DNA of 64,000 bases from NCBI GenBank assembly GCA_009914755.4, contig CP068257.2, positions 43,488,001-43,552,000 on the forward strand. The letters run 5' to 3'. Under the pieces are notes generated by a model, which saw only the letters and a program-made list of their open reading frames with translations, was not told the DNA's origin and made no database searches. How positions within the stretch are numbered: position 1 is the first letter of the stretch; every line of letters begins with the position of its first letter. The stretch is from the human T2T-CHM13v2.0 reference genome, Homo sapiens. The position numbers and the translations under genes were made by a program. Positions 14,485 to 26,881 of the stretch are shown here, in pieces.

Positions 14485-15162
14485 TAATATATTCTGACAA
14501 ATGTATGCCAGTGCCACACCACCAAGCAGCTGAGGTAGAGAATATTCTTACCCCAAAAAGTTTCCTCTTACCCCGTGCAGATGTCCTACCCATCAGGGCC
14601 CAGGGCGACCTTGTCTGATGTTGATGTCCCATCAGATGGTTTGTATTCAGCAGAGCACCTAGACCAGGCTGTGAGGTACAGGTCCGCCCCTGGCAGCCCA
14701 TGCCTTGTAGCTTCTGGGTGGCTCCTGGCTTGGTTGCTGTGGTGTGGAGCGTTGAGTGACCTCTGCAGAACAGCAGATGGTGCTGTAGGGCCGCTTCTAA
14801 GACTCAGTGGAGGAGGCTCAGTGGCGTTCTGAGCGGTGGCCACCAGGACAAACCTCTTGTCTTTACACCATCTGTGTGTGTGTGCGTGAGTGTATGTGTG
14901 TGTGCATTCCAGTGTGCGTCCAGAAGCCAGTTTCCTTCAGAAAGCTTTCTGTTCCCTGGCTTCATTTTTACCATTTAGAGGACCTGTGAAGCAATGAGAT
15001 GGAATACTTATAGCTGGTTTAATTCAGTGAGTGATCTGAATTGTAAATAAAATTTTATCAAGTAATTTATAAATTTGATATAATAAATTAAGTCTGCGGA
15101 AGGGGCTGATTGTGTTATGGAATGAGAAGTTTTGTACATCTTTTGCAATTCTAAAAATTGTG

Positions 15163-15458
15163 GCCAGGTGTGGTGCTCAAGCCTATAATCCTAGAACTTT
15201 GGGAGGCTGAGACAGGAGGATTGCTTAAGCCCAGGAGTTTGAGACCAGTCTGGGTAACATGGTGAACCCCTGTCTGTACAAAAAATAAAAGTAAAAATAA
15301 ATTAGCCAGGCATGGTGGCACATGCCTGTAGTCCCAGCTACTCGAGAGGCTGAGGTGGGAGAATTGCTTGATCCCAGGAGACGGGTGGCAATGAGCCAAG
15401 ATTGTGCCAATGCACTCCAGCCTGGGCGACAGAGCGAGACCCTGTCTCAAAAAAAAAA
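15163..15458 (+). mobile_element. Alu SINE, full length, sense.
   Basis: ggccaggtgtggtgctcaagcctataatcctagaactttgggaggctgag...cagcctgggcgacagagcgagaccctgtctc followed by A10. Confidence 0.9.
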
Positions 15459-15859
15459 GTTGTGACTTTGCTGTGTAGTCTTTGTGTAACATAATTTTAT
15501 GATTCTATTGTTTTAAGCTTAATATTCCAAATAGGTAATAATTATGTTAAAATGCAAAAAATTAGCCTATACTCTCATGATCTAAATATGTAGTAGTGGT
15601 TTTACAGAATATATTTCAAAGGATTGCCATTCTGTTTTATTTTTAGTAGCCAGTTATAGAAAGCATTATTTTTAAATAATGCCTAAGAATCTTTAAAGAA
15701 ATACCTGTCAATGTATGTTCCAGTTTAGTATCAAATTTATATTCAGAGCTCATAAGAATTTAAAAAGTTTCCCAGAGTCTGTAAATGGGATGGAGCTGTC
15801 CTTCAAGGGTGATAGTCCCCCTAGGTTTGAGTTGTCCTCTGCTGCTAGCATAGTACCAC

Positions 15860-16400
15860 CTGAGCTACCTGTGGGCCACCTTCACCACCCGTGGGTCCCT
15901 CCAGCCACCCCAGGGACACCTTAGCCTCCCTGGGTCGCCTTAGCCACCCCTGGGCCATGTTAGCCACCACAGGATCACCTTAGCATCCCTGGGTCACCTT
16001 AGCCACCCCAGGGTCACCTTAGCATCCCTGGGTCGCCTTAGCCACGCCTGGGCCATGTTAACTACCACAGGATCACCTTAGCATCCCTGGGTCGCCTTAG
16101 CCACCCCAGGGTCTCCTTAGCCATCCCAGGGCCACCTTAGCCACCTGTGGGTTACCTCAGCCACCAGTGAGTCACCTTAGCTACCCCAGGATCACCTTAG
16201 CCATTTGTGGGTCACCTTACCCACCCTTTCACCTTAGTCACTCATGGTCAGCTTAGCTGTTTGTGGGTCACTTAGCCACCCCTGGGCCACTGTAGCCACC
16301 TCTGGGTGTCCTTAGCCACCCCCGGGCCACCTTGGCCACTCTGGGTCACCTTGTCTACCCCTGGGTTACCTGAGCCACCCTTGGTCACTGTCTGTGGGTG
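15860..16400. repeat. 20-bp-unit minisatellite CCTTAGCCACCCC(A/T)GGGTCA(C), about 26 degenerate copies.
   Basis: Recurrent ccttagccacccc / ccttagcatccctgggtcac blocks across the interval. Confidence 0.85.
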
Positions 16401-19400
16401 CTTGCTTGCTTTAAGCCACATTATGCTACTGCAGCTAATTAAGGTCGCTCAATTCAAGTGTCTCCTTTTTTTGGGCTCCTGCCTTCTTTTTGTTTTTCAA
16501 ATCGAACACCCGCTATACTCATTTGAGAAGTGTAGACTTTGATTTTTAACCCTAAGTTGCATGGTAAAGTCACCTTTAAAGCCAATGGAAAAAGCTTAAT
16601 TGAATTCATTTGTTTGAAGAAGTAGAGGAATGTTGCAAGTAGACTGAAAGTTATACTTAGTCTGTTCTGTTTGAAACCATTCTCATTCAGAAAACAGAAA
16701 TGTGTTTATGTAAAGAAATATGTTACTTGACTTAATATTGTAAGGAATCTTAATTGAGAAAATAAGTAGTTGTGTTTTTTCTTTAACTGGGCAGCATTGT
16801 AGCGGGGTGGAGTGTGGGTCCCCAGGTTGGAGAGCTCTGGATTTGGAGTGGATCCTAGCACATGGCCACCATGTGACCTTGGGCAGTGACTCAGCCCAGC
16901 TGGCTGCCAGGCTGCTCCCCATGAGGTGGTGGGAGCCGTGTGGGATCTGCCTACTGGGTGTGCAGCTGCTGCGGCCTAAGCGGCGTCCTTGCTTGGTCCC
17001 CCCATGAACTCAGGGGTGTGGCCTGGCTCCGTCATGTGTTTTGCAGGGGGATCTGAGGGGCCCAGAAGGTAAGAAATTGCCTACGGCCCTTGGCTAATAG
17101 AAGAGGGAGCAGGGCTTTGACCAGGGGGACCAGCTAGTGACTCTGTGCTGGTTACTACTTTACCAACACCATGGCCATGCTGCACAGCTGTGCAGCCTCC
17201 ACCCACAAAGGCCAAAGCTCCAATGGCATCTGCGATGCTTGTAAAACAAGTAGCAGCCGTGTCCAGCCTGCTGCTCTGAAACCTCAGTCTCCTTTACTGA
17301 GATTTGATGATGTTTAAATGAGCAAATGCATGTGTAGTGATTGGCAGGTGGCCATCGCTCAGCCGACTTTTCCTGTGCCCTCTGCTTCGGCAGGTGCCCT
17401 TCCTGGCTCCCTGCTTCTTCCTCTCCTAACCTCCTGGCACTGTGCTCCTCACTCAGGAATTGCACCCAGCATCACCTCTGCAGGTGAGTCCCACACCTTC
17501 CCCCTGCTCTCCAAACTCAGACCCCAAGTCCAGCAGCATCTTCTCTCAGGCATCTATAGACCTCCACAACTTAAGACATCCAAATTCTCATTCCCTTGCC
17601 TTGCCATAATCTTCCCATCTCAGCAGCTCCTTCCTTCCAGGCTCTCAGGCTGAAGGTGGCCTATCCTTTCTTTTCTATCCCACATGGCAGCCAGGAGGCC
17701 TGTGGGCGGTGCCTTCAGGACATGCCTCTTGTGCCCCTGTCCCCTACTCTGGCCTGAGTGTTCCTTTTAAAACTAGGTCAGAACTAGATTAAAGCCCGTG
17801 TCCAAGATGCTGCCACAGTCTCTTGCCACCATATGACTGCCATGTCCTCACTGTGGCCCAGGAGGTCCCATGTGCAGAGCCGCTGGACCTCCGTCTCCTC
17901 TCACTCTCTGTTAACTGTGCTGCTGTCAGACTGGCTGCCTGGCTGTTCCTGGGCGGTTTCAGGTGCTGCGGCTACCTAGAACCTTCCATCTTCCTTTCTT
18001 CACTCTTCCCAGAAGAGAACACTCTTCCCAGCTGTCTTACGGCCAGCTTCCTCACCACCTCGCTGCAGTCTTTTCCGCAATGGCATCGCCACTACTGCCC
18101 TCCCACATCCAGCCATCATCCTAGAATAACAGCCACTGTTGTCCCCTGACACTTGATGGCAGTTCATCTTTTATGACCCCCATTGTCCCCATTGTCAGTT
18201 GTCTTTTTTTTTCCTTATTAGAACATAAGCTCCAGGAAAGCAGATGTTAACGTCTTTGTTCACTGATGTATCTCAGGCATTTAGGACAGTACTGGTACAT
18301 AGTAGATGCTCAGTAAATAGTTAGATGAATGAATATTTGCTACTTTTCTTATTGACAGACATTTCTGAGGTACTTTAATATTACGTTAAGTAATGTTACA
18401 ATTTCCCATGTGTTGATTTTATGTAAATAATGAGTAAATTACTCTCATAGAGATTTTAGAATTCTAATAAACTCATATTTCCCCTTCTTAAAAGAGTAGA
18501 AAAATGCTTTTAAGAGTTTTCCTAAATTAATATTCTGGGAACATTAAATTTTAGAACTTTACTCTGAGGGCATAGATAAAAATAAAATTAATTAGATACC
18601 AGGAATGTCAGATGCTAAATGGTGTATGGCTATTTGTGACATTCTCCTAGAATTAAACAGTTATTAACTTGCAAAGACATGGCAGCTGAAGTCAGAAATT
18701 GATGAACTTTTAAAGTTGGGAAAAAAAGAGCTTTAAGGTATCTTATTAAAATTGTAAACTGTCAGTTTAATCATCATAGAAACCATACCTGATACAGTAA
18801 ATCGTTGCTATTCTGCTTTGAATTTCTGGATTCTCATGAATCAGACATTCTATTTTTATGTTTCTCTTCAATAATCCTAAAGGTGGAAGAAAGAAATGGG
18901 AAGAAAAAGGAAGAGAACCATAGCTACGTTGTGAGGGCATTGCTTCAACTCTGGTAACTTCATGTGAAATGACTACAAAATGAATTAATATGCAGTAAGA
19001 GAGCCAGTGCCCCACCAGGGCACCTTTCCACTTGCTGGCACACAGATTTACCACAATTAGGATACTGCTTGTCCTGTCATGCCGGGAGAGTCTAAATTAC
19101 TCTGACTTTCAAGAAACCAAAAATATGCATTTTTGATGTTAGGAAGATTTACTGTGCATTGGGCTGTGTCATTTGATGAGGAAAAAACCAAATGATCTCT
19201 TTATGAAAATGAAGGTAAAATATATGTAAATGCCATTTTAATCTAACTTTTTATATGAATGTAGAACAAATATCAAACAGGATTATACAGTGTGATAGTC
19301 AGGAAAGTAGCATGCTTTTGTGTTTTATAGACTAGTCTAAAAGGAGCCCCAGTAGACTTGGTATTGTTAAACCAAGGAGATCTTGAGAACTGTTCTGTCT

Positions 19401-20247
19401 CCCTTGTGCCCATAGAATTGTAGCCTGTGGAGGTGACCAAGGAACCAGATCCCAAGAGGCCTCTGCCACTGAAAGGAGATTTTTATTACTTGCGTTTCCT
19501 AGACGGGGGGGCACTCGCGCCAAGCAGGCCCACAGGGCACACTGGTGTCAGTCAAGGGGCAGAAAGGAGCCACAGGAAAGCCCAGGACAGAGCCTGAGTG
19601 GGGTTTCTGTGGGAAAGGCAGGGCAGGGCACCCGTGTAGGAATGGCTAGTGTGAACAGTTCCAGTGGGCCCTGGGCTGTAGGAGAGATCACTAGCTGCCT
19701 GCTACCAGGCCCTGGGGTGATTTCGGGCAGGCGGGCAGTTAGATAAGGGAGGTGGGTAGAGCCGACCACCTGCCTGGAACCCTGTGCTGGCTATAAGCCC
19801 TGGGAGGGCCAGTCTCTCCCTGTGTCTGTAAGGCCCACAAATGCCAAAGCATTAGGAATAAGAAAATGGACGTAATAGAATTGATCCTGTGAGGACTGGA
19901 TGCCTAACTGCCACATACAGAATGTGAGAAAGCACAGAACAACTGCCTTCATTGACAAGATGGTGCCCAGAGCTCAAGACAGGCACACAGCAGGAGGATG
20001 CCGGCAGGATCCCTCAACAAGCTTACCGTGGTATCTTTCACAATGTTAACTGTCATCCCAGATGAACTTTTAATGACAGTGTATCTCTGAAGATTGTGCT
20101 TTTAGCGTATTTTCACTTAAAGTCATATCTCATTTAGTAGACCTGCCAGATTCCTGAAAAGTTACACACAAGCCAGCTGACATGACCTTTGCCAGTCATG
20201 TTGACCACGTTCTCACCGAGCTGTGGACTCCTCACTAGGAGCCTTTA

Positions 20248-20405
20248 CCTACGGCCAGATGGCTGTTGTCACTGCCTGTGGTGGGGTTACGGTTTCGGAC
20301 TCACCTGATCCGTTCTGCCGGGATTACCTACGGCCAGATGGCTGTTGTCACTGCCTGTGGTGGGGTTATGGTTTCGGACGCACCTGATCCGTTCTGCCGG
20401 GATTT
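20248..20405. repeat. 79-bp tandem duplication (2 copies, 4 mismatches): cctacggccagatggctgttgtcactgcctgtggtggggtta(c/t)ggtttcggac(t/g)cacctgatccgttctgccgggatt.
   Basis: Copies at 20248-20326 and 20327-20405. Confidence 0.85.
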
Positions 20406-23400
20406 TAAAGTATGGGAGTTTAGGCATACTTTGCAAGTTGTTTCTTGAATATACTTTTCTGAATTATGGCTTGCTATACAAGTTTTGGTCTTTTAAGGTA
20501 AGAGTTACAATGGAGATGGGGAAATTATACTTTTCTCATTTCAAGGAAAGCAACAGTCATGAGTTATGCATCAGTTGGGAAACGGGATGATAGGAAGTTG
20601 CAAGGCAACCTGGTTTCAGCCGGACCGGGACTCTCCCGGGGCTGCGTCCTGCTAGAGCTGGCAGGACACAGAATACCACTAGCAGCCTCCCTGGGAGTGG
20701 CTTGGCGTCTTGGCCACCTCTTTCCACGGATGTGGTGGATGTGGGGGTAAACTAGAGAGACTAAAGCCCACTATTGGGCTCAGCTTCCTGTAGAAATCAA
20801 ATCAGATGAAAACCCTGACCCAGAGGGAGAAGGCAGAGAGTTGGACTTTTGAAAACGTGAGTGTGTCCAGCAACCAGGCAGCAACAGTCCTTGTTTTTAT
20901 CGAACTTCTATAAGCACTTTATTTCTCCAGAATAATTTCATCATAAAGAATCCAGAGCTCAGACAGCTCTTTACCATCTGTCTTTTCCTTTTTTCTTACC
21001 CTGTGTTTGGCTTGATCTGGACTGCACTTAACCATGACAATGTTAAGTGCTTTCTTCTGGGTAAAAATTCTGGCTTCTTCTCCAGAAATTCTGGCTCCAC
21101 TTCTCAAATTGTTTCTGTCCCTGTTAGGAGACCCCTGGGGCCTCGGCTGGAGAGACAGTGCAGCTAGTCCCAGCAGCCACTGTGCTTGGGCCTGGCCAGC
21201 CCCTCCTCAGGGGTCACGGCACTGCTCACCTGGTGACTAGGTCTTCTCAGCCAGATCAGTTCATGTGCTCTGGTGTTTTTGAGCTTCTGGCTAGTCCTCA
21301 GTTTCTCAGACCTGGTTAATCACAGTGTGGAGTCATTTTTCATAACTGTGCACCTCACTTGTTTGATGCATGGCAAGGGAATAATTAAATTAATAAACCT
21401 ACAGATATTCCCCCTTACAGTTTTCAAATACAGTAAGTGAATTTCTACTATAAAATAGGTCCAAAGAGGTTTTATTGTTTCTTATTTGAAATAATTAAAG
21501 AACATTTATGTTTCCCTTTTGTGGTTTCTTGGTTCTAATCCTGTGGGTTGCTTTTGACGTCCTCTGTTGGGGATACACTGTGCATCCGTATTTAACAGGA
21601 GATCCCGAACTCCCAGCAGGGAGCTAAGCACAGATGTGTGCACAGATGCGTGCTTAGGTAAGGATTTTGTGCAAGGTGACTTGTAATATGAAACTGTAAA
21701 ACGTGCTACCTTAGACTGGAGAGAGAAGGGGGTGGTCTGATGTTTTCCACACGCCTCTTTTACCAAAATGGGTCATCTTATCTGTCTCAGGCCAGGCCCC
21801 CGGGGGTGCACAGGAACAGCACAGCTGCAGTGAAGGAGGGGCTCCTGCAGCCGGGCTGGCCCCAGAGCTGTGGGTCGTGCCCTGCGTGTTGCTCAGCGCG
21901 TTCTGCAGTTGCCCTGGCCTTAGTCCCCCATCTCGCTGTGATAGCCATGCAGGTCAGCAACTGTGAGCCTTCCTGGCTCCCACGCTGCCCCCGGCACCTC
22001 TCTCTGTTTCTGCTCCCAGCATCCTCTCAGCTTCTCTTCTGAGCCCCACGCAGCGGTTCCTGCTTTACCAGCACCACTTCTCCTCTGTCACCGAGAGAGA
22101 GCAAGAGGCTGCCGCGCCTGTGCCAACTGCCTGGTGAGGCTCCGTCGAGTGATGTGCAGGGCCTTGCGGTACAGCCCTCTCGAACTCACCCCACCAGAGG
22201 CCTGTCGGCATCACTGTCAGAAACAGGCGTTCTCCCCTCCCAGCCCCCGTCACAAGCTAAGCATCTGTGAGAACGGAGGCTCTGCTTCCCCGAGGATCCT
22301 GCCCCAGACGTGGGGGCAGCCTTTGCAGACAGCTTCTGTCCCACTCACCTCCTCCTTGGTTTTCACTCCTTTATGCCCTCACGGACCTGCCCACCAGTTC
22401 CCAAGCCCTCAGGGCCATGGCAGCCTCCGTGAGGGTGTGAGCTGGGTAAAAGGAATTAAGGTGGAGTCACAGCTACCAGTGGCTGATTGCCCGTGGGTGT
22501 CAGGCTGGCCCTAGGTGCCCCATTGCTAGTTCACTGTCCTGGGACGGCCCCAGTATTGTCAGCATTGAAGGAAAGAATCCGGACAGGCAGCAGAGGCTCC
22601 CACCTGATGACACTGAGGCTCCTGCCTTAGCACCAGGGCCTGGGCTCCCCTTTGCTGTAATGTCGTAAAGTATGTCAGGAAGGTTTGCCCATGACCTGGT
22701 GGAGAGAGAAGAGATGTGACAAGGCGACTCTGGCTTGTGTATCCCGCCCACAGGGGAAGCTTGGAGGAGTCGGTTTGTGAAAAATCAGGGCTCTGAGGGC
22801 ACTGGAGCTGGTGCTGAGTTCTGCAGCAGTCAAGAAGTAGAGCAGAGCTGAAATCCTGGCTGCTCATGGGCATCACAGATGCATTCGCCAGCAGCTGGGC
22901 TCGGCTTTGCTCTAACATCCGCCCCTCCTCTGGGAGCGTTGTTTCTCTACTCCTGGCTGCCCAGCCCAGCTCCCTGGCCTGGCGAGATCTCTGCATCATT
23001 TCTTCTCCCCAGCTTCTCTCTCCACCCATGCCGCCATGGGAGAGTTTAGGCTGTCTCGTCCCTGACTGGCCTGAGGTAGGGCTGTGACTGTCTCCTTTTC
23101 CCTCTCTCCTGTCTTCCTCACCTATGCCCACATAATCAGTCCACCTTCCTTACTGCTGGATGCAAACCTGCTGAGTCTCTATGGCTTTCAGGATGGAGTT
23201 CAAAGACATCACCTCAGCGTGAAAGGCCCTTTCAGGTCTGGCCCGGCACAACCCTGACACCCGCATGTTCCTGGGTGCAACAACATGGGGCCCCAGGGCA
23301 GCTTCCCATGATGCATCAGCCTCTGCTGGCTCCTGATGTGGCCTCTGTTCCTGTCTTAGGCCCCTATTCCTCTCGGCAGGCTCCACACTTGCCTTACTCT

Positions 23401-24173
23401 ATCTCAGAAGCTCATCCTGACACCAGCTCTGTCCTCTGTACTGGGAACATGGAGCAGAAATCCATCACGGCTGCTGATCCATGCATGCTGATGAGTTGCT
23501 GGCTGCCTCCTTGTGCACAGCATCTGGGGGCACTCAGGTGGCCCTGCTGTCTCTGGGCCTGTCCCTGACACTGGCAGGGGTTGGGGCACCAGAGTTCAAA
23601 TGGGGGCCGCATATCTTGTCTAAATCTTCCAGAGTTTTAAGTCAAGCCAGTGCACTATTGATACAATATGTTGTGTCTTCTTCTTTGACAACTACATCTT
23701 CAAAATGGAAAAAATATGTGGGGACCTATGGTTTTTATATGAATTAATGTTGGCAAAATATCAAAGACCACTGAATTTAACTGTTAATTTAACTGTTATC
23801 TAGGTGTTCTGTTCAGAGGCCACTCATGTTTGAATGAGTAACAGGATCAAGACATGATTTATCAATAAGTGCATATATCTCCCATAACATTGATTATTTT
23901 GTTTTTATTTCTGCAAATGACTAATCATGTTTTATATTAAGCATTTTCGGATAATGCTTGTTCTGTTGGTGCTCACGGCCTAATGCGGGGCTAGCGCACA
24001 GCGGCCTACATCCTGTTTTTTGTGCAGTGTTTACAGTTTTTAAAGAGTTGTTAAAAAATAAAATAGTGCAACAGAGACATGGCCACGAAGTCTAAAGTAC
24101 TTACTCTTTGCCCCTTTACAGAAAATGTTTGCTACCACTTGATCTAAAGGATTAAAAAATAAAACATGTCATT

Positions 24174-24469
<296 letters not shown>

Positions 24470-26781
24470 TCATTGAATTTGAAGTATACAAAATTTGAAT
24501 ATCTTTCTATCAAAAATTTGAATTTTAAGGAAATAACAAAGCAAAAATTATAATTTTTTGTGTTTTCAAAAAATTATTTTTTCTAAATTATTAAGTTATA
24601 AGATATAAAGTAGTTAATGTGAAATGTTTAAATCAAAATTGTTTAAAGCTGAGTTTTAAATTTAATACTTTGAAAATTTAGTTAAATCATATTAATAATT
24701 TTATAAGAAATAAAACTATTGATAATTCTGATGTCTGACATCTGTCTGATTGCTGACATGGATCCTGAGTCTTACAGTGTTTTGAGGGCCTCCAGCTACA
24801 TTGGGGTTCCAGTGCCAGAGTGGCTGGCAGCCCCACCCTAACGAGAAGTGAAGGGGCTGGGCATGCTGTTTCCAGTGCTTTCATGAGATGCTGCTTTGCC
24901 TGGCGGTCGGGCCTGATGTCTCGTTGTTCCACCTGTGACCAAGGGGTCCCTCTGGAAATGTGTGTGTACTGACACATGCCCTGGTGGCTCTTGTCTGATC
25001 CATGTCCAGGTTATTCCTGCCTGACCGTCACTCGTGCCAGGAGCCCAACACAAATTCAGGCACAAATTCAGTACACCACACAATGGGGGAAACATGTTCA
25101 AAGATTTTTACTTACAGGTCCTGAGCAGGGAGGGTGCCATGAGTCAGGAGGGCCGTCCTCTGTCCCTGGGTCATGCAAGCAGGAACAAAGGGTCAGGCAG
25201 AGAGAGAGAGCACTGCAGCCAACCAGCAGAACAAATAAGGGAGTAGGGTGGGGTCACTTGAAGTGTGTGGGCAGGTGCCTGAGTGAAAGATGCCTCTAGG
25301 TTCTCATCTCTGGTACTGGCTTGAGCCACTGGGTGTGGTGTAGAACTACAAAGTGTCAGGGGTGGCTGAACTCTGCCGCTACTAGGAGAAAGTGCAGCTC
25401 ATATTCCAGATAGATGCTGAGGCAATAGAAAATGAAAAGAATTCACTATGCTTACGCAGAGTGTGTCTGGACACACACAAATTTAAGAGTAATAAGAATT
25501 GCTTAATATGGCATAATTTCCTTAGGTGCCATGTGCAGTTGTCACAAGCATTGCACTAATTGGAATAATGAATTAGAAAGTGGATGTTGGTCATTATTAG
25601 GAAAAGGTACTTTGTTACACGAGACAGTAATTGCATTGTGGCAAGAGAAAGAATCTGACTAATTAATTTGTCTTTTTTTTCTTTTGCCTATGAGTGCTTC
25701 TTCTGCTTGACTCCTCCCCATAATCGGACTCCTTCCAAGACAGCCTAATCTTCAGGGCATTTGGATGCAGCTGCCTTTTGTTCCAGAGACACAGGCCATC
25801 TCAGGGGAGGTATCTCCCTGGGGCCTGAACAGCGTTTTTCTAGACAAGAGGAGGCTGAGGGCTGTGGGTTCTGCTTTGCCAGCCCTGAATGCTGGATCCC
25901 GAGTGGCAGAGGCACCAAGTGCTGTATGATGTGTGTATGTGATGTGTGTGCATGTACATGTGTGTGATGTGTGTCCCTGCTCGCCCCAGGCTGGCCATGG
26001 TACTGTGCTAGTCACAGACTGGCTGTGCTGATCAAGCCAGGCACAGTGGAAAATGGGAAGATGTTGGCGTTTGCCCCTCCCTTGGCTGTGTGTCATTCAC
26101 CTGGGGCATGAGCTGTGCCCCTGCTCTGCAGTAATGAACAAGGCAGCTCAGCATTGGTCCGAGACACGTGAGTTAAGAGAGGAGGAAGAGCACTCTCTGG
26201 GGGCGGGGGGATCCATTTGTCAGTGGCCTGCAGTTTCCTGTCCCAGGGATTTCACTGGTGACATCCTGACCACTCACCTGCACTTTATATGGAGCTGTTT
26301 TCATCAGCTGGCGTCTGCTGAGCCTCTGCATTGTGTTGTGTGGTAGCCTGTTACTTTTTGCAGTTTTATTTTCTAAACTGTACTCTTTTATTGATAGATT
26401 TTTTGTATTAGGATTTCCATTTAAACAGGACTTTGGTACGTCTGCTGTGGGAGATTTGTTTCCCTAGAAGATTCACGGCTGTCGTTCTCTCCCCTCTGCT
26501 CGTGGTGTTTTACTGTGACTGCGCTGAACGGTTAGCTGTCACATGTCATTCTCTGGGTGGTGTGCTCTGAAGTCATTGTGGTGTGTGGGCCCCTTCAGCC
26601 TAGTTCTGCCTAACTGCGGCATGATGAATGGGCCCGAGGCAGAGGAGGAGGCTCCCTCGTCGGTAGGGGCTGCTGTTGTCGCAGCTGCCGGCACACGGAA
26701 GTGAGTCGGTGTGCTGCTGCCCCGAGTGACTGAGGGACAGAATGAGGCTGGGGCCGGCCGGACTGGCATTGGCGTGTCTGC

Positions 26782-26881
26782 ATGGCGTCGTCCACCACTG
26801 GGCCTTTGCACATGGGGACCTTTTTCAGCGTCATGGGGCGTCGGTATAAAAGGAGGCGCAAGAAGCGCTCTGAGAGGAAAG
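26782..26881 (+). CDS. ADARB1: Candidate alternative upstream coding exon of ADARB1 (coding part). In-frame ATG at 26782. Encodes MASSTTGPLHMGTFFSVMGRRYKRRRKKRSERK plus 1 nt, followed by donor G|GTAATT at 26882. The 5' exon boundary is unresolved (possible acceptor cttcag| at about 26597).
   Basis: Splicing 26881 to the acceptor of the ATG exon (46563) gives G+AC=Asp, and the whole 47-nt leader reads open (DRNSLRQSRNPQKYFA) into ATG 46610. This makes exactly 49 extra residues from ATG 26782; the frame is closed just upstream by TGA at 26743. Arg/Lys-rich stretch GRRYKRRRKKRSERK resembles the ADAR3 R-domain. Consistent with the published report of a novel upstream ADAR2 exon extending the ORF by 49 aa (recalled, not searched). 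Locally CpG-dense in a CpG-poor intron. Confidence 0.55.

Noticed and set aside
26843-26852. TATAAAAGG motif as a promoter TATA box.
   Set aside because: It lies inside the candidate coding exon (codons Tyr-Lys-Arg), only about 30 nt before the donor. A transcript starting 25-30 nt downstream could not carry the ORF, so it is most likely coincidental. Mentioned within the finding rather than called as a feature.
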